Positions 38,285-43,811 of a stretch of DNA of 43,811 nt are shown one piece after another. The notes below the pieces were generated by a model. The model was given only the letters and a program-made list of their open reading frames with translations. It ran no database searches and was not told where the DNA came from. Each line of letters starts with the position of its first letter. Within the stretch, counting starts at the first letter, position 1. Source of the DNA: Octopus bimaculoides. Lineage: Eukaryota. The stretch is from positions 3,530,699 through 3,574,509 of the forward strand of contig NC_069005.1 of the NCBI RefSeq assembly GCF_001194135.2, in the 5' to 3' direction. The position numbers and the translations under genes are program-made.

Positions 38285-38598
38285 AAGGCGCTTGGCTGCG
38301 TGGTTAGAGCGTCAGACTCACAATCATGAGGTAGTGAGTTCGACTCCCGGACCGGCTTGTGTGCTGTGTTGTTCAGCAAAACACTTTATTTCACGTTACA
38401 CCAATTCATTCAGTTGTAGAAATGGGTTATAGCGTCAGTGGTGCCAAGATGTATCAGCCTTTGCCTTTCTCTAGAGCGGAGAAGCTGATATGCATGGACG
38501 ATTGCTGGTCTTCCATAACAACAATGCCCGGAATTTGTCCGGGAGGGTAATTTTCTAGGTGCAATCCTATGGTCATTCATGACCGAAGTGGGTCTTTC
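38285..38598 (+). mobile_element. tRNA-derived SINE family C (single copy here)
   Basis: A tRNA-like head ggcgcttggctgcgtggttagagcgtcagactcacaatcatgaggtagtgagttcgactcccgg with an A box (TGGCTGCGTGG) and a B box (GAGTTCGACTCC), followed by about 240 nt of non-tRNA body with no discernible acceptor-stem closure. Confidence 0.75.
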
Positions 38599-40150
38599 AC
38601 TTAAATCCTTATGTAATAACTATTTTGGTTGTAAGAAATTTACATGCATCTGAAAAATTAGAAAACTGTTAACGTTACTACAAGGACAGTAATATATTTA
38701 TGTCATAAATGATTTTGTGAAAAATGTAATACGCTCTGAATGTTTGATAAAATTATTTTATCAAACAATACCTCATAACGCTGTAGAGAATTTTCGGATT
38801 TAAACAGTTGAGATTCCAAAGAATCTCTTCATATTTAAGATACTCCGTTTTCTAGAACACGAGACTGGCAGATATTTTATCATAGTCGTCAGTATGTAGG
38901 AATATTTGTATAGATGTAACGGAGGAGACGAAGCGGGAGAGAGAGAGTGAGAGAGAGAGAGAGAGAGAGAAAGAGAAATATATTTCCAAATATGTAAGTA
39001 AAGGTACAAATTAAACAGAATATCAATAACTGTTCTTATGCGAATATAGAAATGTGAGAAATTTATTGTGTATGTTCAGAAATGTGCATGATCACAACTG
39101 TAATGACACAAATGTAAGCAGACCAATACTCGACTACATATATTCGACACGAGAATACACATACACACACGCACACACATATAAGTGTGTGTGTGTGTGT
39201 GTGCATGAGTGTGTGCGTGAGGCGTGTGTATGTATGTATTTTCACATGTGTTTGTGTGTATGCATCAATATCCGTGTGTGTCTATATGAATATATATATA
39301 TATATATATATATATANNNNNNNNNNNNNNNNNNNNNNNNNNNNNNNNNNNNNNNNNNNNNNNNNNNNNNNNNNNNNNNNNNNNNNNNNNNNNNNNNNNN
39401 NNNNNNNNNNNNNNNNNNNNNNNNNNNNNNNNNNNNNNNNNNNNNNNNNNNNNNNNNNNNNNNNNNNNNNNNNNNNNNNNNNNNNNNNNNNNNNNNNNNN
39501 NNNNNNNNNNNNNNNNNNNNNNNNNNNNNNNNNNNNNNNNNNNNNNNNNNNNNNNNNNNNNNNNNNNNNNNNNNNNNNNNNNNNNNNNNNNNNNNNNNNN
39601 NNNNNNNNNNNNNNNNNNNNNNNNNNNNNNNNNNNNNNNNNNNNNNNNNNNNNNNNNNNNNNNNNNNNNNNNNNNNNNNNNNNNNNNNNNNNNNNNNNNN
39701 NNNNNNNNNNNNNNNNNNNNNNNNNNNNNNNNNNNNNNNNNNNNNNNNNNNNNNNNNNNNNNNNNNNNNNNNNNNNNNNNNNNNNNNNNNNNNNNNNNNN
39801 NNNNNNNNNNNNNNNNNNNNNNNNNNNNNNNNNNNNNNNNNNNNNNNNNNNNNNNNNNNNNNNNNNNNNNNNNNNNNNNNNNNNNNNNNNNNNNNNNNNN
39901 NNNNNNNNNNNNNNNNNNNNNNNNNNNNNNNNNNNNNNNNNNNNNNNNNNNNNNNNNNNNNNNNNNNNNNNNNNNNNNNNNNNNNNNNNNNNNNNNNNNN
40001 NNNNNNNNNNNNNNNNNNNNNNNNNNNNNNNNNNNNNNNNNNNNNNNNNNNNNNNNNNNNNNNNNNNNNNNNNNNNNNNNNNNNNNNNNNNNNNNNNNNN
40101 NNNNNNNNNNNNNNNNNNNNNNNNNNNNNNNNNNNNNNNNNNNNNNNNNN

Positions 40151-40184
<34 letters not shown>

Positions 40185-40194
40185 GAGAGGGAGG

Positions 40195-40251
<57 letters not shown>
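40151..40251. repeat. (GA)n then (GATA)n microsatellite
   Basis: Direct reading. Confidence 0.95.
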
Positions 40252-40577
40252 GAACACACATTCTTATACAAATGTAAATAGCTACAGACGTTGAAGTGAA
40301 TGCATACGATTTTACATACGCTTTTGCATATATGCACATATTTGATACCCAGGTAAGTGCAATATGAGACACTGAACAAAGAATTCAAAAGAATTCGTTA
40401 TCAAACGCAGAATGGGGAAAGCAATTTCAATGGGGTTGAAAAATCATGAAAAGGAATCTGTTACAAATACCATCACGTGATGTGTCACTAACCTTCAATT
40501 TGGAGATGGGCATACGAAACTAGGAGTAAGGTGCTTTGTTGATCGAGGTGCGATGAAATCACATTTATACCTATAAG

Positions 40578-40631
<54 letters not shown>

Positions 40632-40635
<4 letters not shown>

Positions 40636-40680
40636 AATCCCTCGCCATGTAGCGGTTCACTTTATTGCGGGTTATTATTT
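40632..40680 (+). mobile_element. Possible pogo/Tigger-type TIR fragment
   Basis: caataatccctcgccatgtagcggttcactttattgcgg resembles CAGTAATCCCTCG-type termini; no partner end was found. Confidence 0.3.
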
Positions 40681-40912
40681 AATCTTACGTCGATTCCGCC
40701 GTGCTTTTGTTTTGCTTTTATAATAAATAAATATATACAAATTACAACAATAACAATAACAATATACAGCACAGTACTGTTCTACTTCTCGTATTTTCAC
40801 ATATCACAAGTGGCTTTAGAACGTAACACCAACGATAGTCGAGGGATTATTGTATGTATACATATATACATATATACATGCACAAATTATAAATAAGTAA
40901 AAATTGAACGAT

Positions 40913-41160
40913 AGGTGTCAATTCATTACAGCCGTTTCTAACGACACCTTTAATTGTATCATTATGAAGAAACCGTTTTCTTGAGATGAATACCTGAAAT
41001 TTATAAGCCAGTACAATTAAAATGCAAGGCCCATTTTGAACGTCCTTGATTATGAAGTTCATGTTTTCATTTGAATAAAACGCTTTCTTTTTAAATGCTA
41101 TAATGAACTCATTAATCAATTAAAGGAGTCGTTAGAAACTGCTGTAATAAATTCACACCT
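40913..41160. mobile_element. MITE-like foldback element (Tc1/mariner-like termini)
   Basis: aggtgtcaattcattacagccgtttctaacgacacctttaattg (40913-40956) is an inverted repeat of caattaaaggagtcgttagaaactgctgtaataaattcacacct (41117-41160) with 4 mismatches. TA flanks are not preserved. Confidence 0.75.
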
Positions 41161-43028
41161 GTCCTCTAATTATTAGTTATTTATATTTTATTGACCTGTC
41201 TCGGAACATGAGCTTCGAGAATTCTGAAGGACAGTATGGACTGTATATTTAATAAAATGTACATGTTTGACTAGCTCCAGAGCGGTAATGCTTCCTCGAA
41301 GATTCTCCGCTTTCTGGACTACGTTTTAGCTTAAATAATGATGTACTGAACGAACTGATTCATGAGGATCCCTATGAAAATGGTAGAGACTAGATCCAGT
41401 TGATGGGATGCTCTCATAACAGAGCCTATTAATTTAAAAGAGACAATCCAGGTGAAACTACCAGAAAGACGATAAGGCGTATTTCCTGAACCCGCCTCAT
41501 GTCACTACTTTGACCAGGAATGCAATTCAAGTACACGGATCGGAAGGTTCACTGCACCCCCGGTACTCTCCTCCTATATAGAGTCCAGTTCATTGCATTT
41601 TTTAATTGTTCTCGAATATTCTGAGAGGAGATTCGTTGGACAATGGTGAAGAGCTGAATACATGAATCGATGAATGCTTTGCGTGAAGGCGTGGCTATTT
41701 CTACTGTCAAGGCTAGGACAAACTAGTGGAAGCTTTGCTACAAATCATTATGGATGCATTATTTGTAGTAATATTTGATCTAAAATAAGGATAAAAGTTA
41801 GTCGAAAATAAATCAACGAATTTATCACACAACCCAATAGGTATATATAGAGATAATTCATAAATACAGGCATACTTAGGCACATACATACACCCGAATG
41901 CATGTGTGTATTACGTTTTTTTTGTGAATATGCAGATATAAAATTTTGTTTTTATAGACATTTTCCATAAAATATTTTAAATATTTTCTATGTTTTAAAA
42001 TATTACATATACTTTCCTTTTAAAGCGTTCAATGTTCTTCAAGAATAGCTTCAATATAAAAGTCTATTTTATGTGACAATTTATATAGTATGTACTTGCT
42101 TTTCTTTATCAGATTATCTTTATGTACAACTGTATGTCCGTGTATTTGTATGCACAGATCTCTATATATATATATATATATATAGCAGATGTGTATAATT
42201 TTGCTTTTTCTGCAAATGTTCGTGTAATATCAAGAACATTAATGAATACTCACATGCATACACAGACACACACATGCATACACAGACACACACACACATA
42301 CACACATTCCAGTTTCTCTATATACGTGTGTTTGTGTCTGTTACTATGCGTACATACAGTCTCCTTTACTGCACATTTGCGCAAATGTCATATTTATTGT
42401 AGATAATTTTGTCAATATATTATTTTAAAAAGAATATCTTATTATTCTTAAGACAAAATCGATGAAAGTCAAACGCATATACAATAAGAAACTTACATAT
42501 GAAATAAAATACAATTTCTTATGAATTCCTTCTGATGTTACTTTTTCTGCTCAATTTCTGAATATTTTATAAATCCACTAAAATGCTGTTCTTTATGAAA
42601 AATTATTTGATCTAACAACTATAGGTTGAGCTCATTCACGTAATAAATATAAAGCTATATCACGTGATATAGATGGAGTTTAGATATAATGAAACGATAA
42701 CTGACTTGATATATAGAAAGTCGTGCTTTTTGTATGTATTGAAGTAAATATTACGGAATATGTTTACGCGCTTACCATTTCACCAAAGTGCATTTAACAA
42801 CACATAAATGCATTCATACATATATAAACACATGTTACACGCAAACACGCATAGTCAAGAGGTTTCAGATATTATTTATGAATGAAGAGAATTTCGACGC
42901 CGAATTTTGATAACTGCCATGCGCGGGACTCTCGGCAATTGAGTTACACTAGTGAGAGTTTGATGGGTACAGAAAATAAAAATAAAGCGAAAACTCTATT
43001 GAATGAGTAATAATATATGGACATTTCT

Positions 43029-43082
43029 GTCAGGCTGTGTGGTAAGAAGCATGTTTCCCAATCACATAGCCCGTCGTATATA
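43029..43082 (+). mobile_element. SINE family A head fused to an internal block (deletion derivative)
   Basis: ggctgtgtggtaagaagcatgtttcccaatcacat is joined directly to agcccgtcgtatata. Confidence 0.7.
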
Positions 43083-43179
43083 TATATATATATATATATA
43101 GGACAATAGACCGACATTACCCACCACTACCACCACCACCACCACCACTACTACCATCACCACCACCTCCAAGATGTCA

Positions 43180-43240
43180 CACAGACGGAGTGAGTCCGGA
43201 ACCATGATCTAAGGAATAACACTTCTCACTACACAGTACA
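43180..43240 (-). mobile_element. SINE family A head fragment
   Basis: Its reverse complement ctgtgtagtgagaagtg...catggttccggactcactccgtctgtgtg matches the family A head. Confidence 0.55.
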
Positions 43241-43324
43241 CCAAGTAAACACCCTGAAATATATTCTGTAATGAAATAGGCTATAATTACCTATACGATA
43301 TTCTTGAGCAAAATAATTGTTGTC

Positions 43325-43444
43325 CATCCAAGGATAACAGGCAAAGTCGACCTCGACGGAATTTGAACTCAGAACGCAAAGACGGACGAAATACCGCTAA
43401 GCATTTATCCCGGCGTCCTAACTTTTCTGCCAGCTCACCGCCTT
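43325..43444 (-). mobile_element. SINE family B, well preserved 5' part
   Basis: ggcaaagtcgacctcgacggaatttgaactcagaacgcaaagacggacgaaataccgctaagcatttatcccggcgtcctaacttttctgccagctcaccgcctt. Confidence 0.9.
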
Positions 43445-43776
43445 CGTTTTACTGACATTATCAAATATTGAATGACCTCACTCGTTGTAAACATAATACG
43501 GTTAAGAGTTCAATTCAAGTGAGGAAGAACGTGTTCAAGGCGGGTTTATAGGAAATGTATTCAGGGAAAGTCAAAGAGAAGGAATCTATCACTGATGAAA
43601 ACCGGACAGAGACTGCAAACGACTACTGCTGACGTAACTTGGTATGCTGTTATGCATGAAACCAATCCGTGTATATTGCACTTTGCAAACAAGGTTTGTT
43701 AAAAAAATCAATACTGTAATATGATATAGAGGTGTATCAGATATGTAAATACATGCATATATGTATATATATATAT

Positions 43777-43811
<35 letters not shown>

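Noticed and set aside
38285-38360. Apparent tRNA gene
   Set aside because: It has A and B boxes, but the anticodon and acceptor stems do not pair properly and it continues into a SINE body.
40288-40358. Consensus donor CAG|GTAAGT with a 65-nt open frame upstream; similarly TAG|GTAAGT at 30844-30852
   Set aside because: No convincing pyrimidine tract or acceptor and no recognisable peptide. An 8-mer donor match is expected occasionally by chance in this much AT-rich DNA.

Overview
Eukaryotic, AT-rich, repeat-dense draft-assembly sequence with 12 N-gaps (3929-4312, 7127-7367, 14125-14588, 15305-15565, 17633-18269, 19225-19800, 20420-20791, 21796-22210, 34167-34408, 34951-35141, 37104-37468, 39317-40150), nearly all abutting (TA)n or (CT)n runs. 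The SINE families and microsatellite load look like a coleoid cephalopod (Octopus) genome; this is recognition from memory, not a database result. No complete protein-coding gene, rRNA, true tRNA gene or CRISPR array is supportable. Almost all listed ORFs are microsatellite or N-gap artefacts. The window reads as a very long intron or gene desert containing about 20 tRNA-derived SINE copies or fragments in three families, a decayed Tc1/mariner (DD37D-like) transposase end, two foldback MITE-like elements and many simple repeats. The most interesting signals are: (1) a 12-nt candidate microexon (30416-30427) with strong splice signals whose phase-1 translation xIRE resembles the ELRE mini-exon B of LAR-family receptor phosphatases; (2) a minimal type I hammerhead-ribozyme motif of the Penelope/retrozyme kind (8493-8535) in a hairpin-rich unit, plus a second decayed hammerhead-like core at 32313-32341; (3) a perfect 54-bp palindrome (36171-36224); (4) four same-strand SINE copies stacked just upstream of the candidate microexon. 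Repeat boundaries were aligned by eye and may be off by 10-20 nt.
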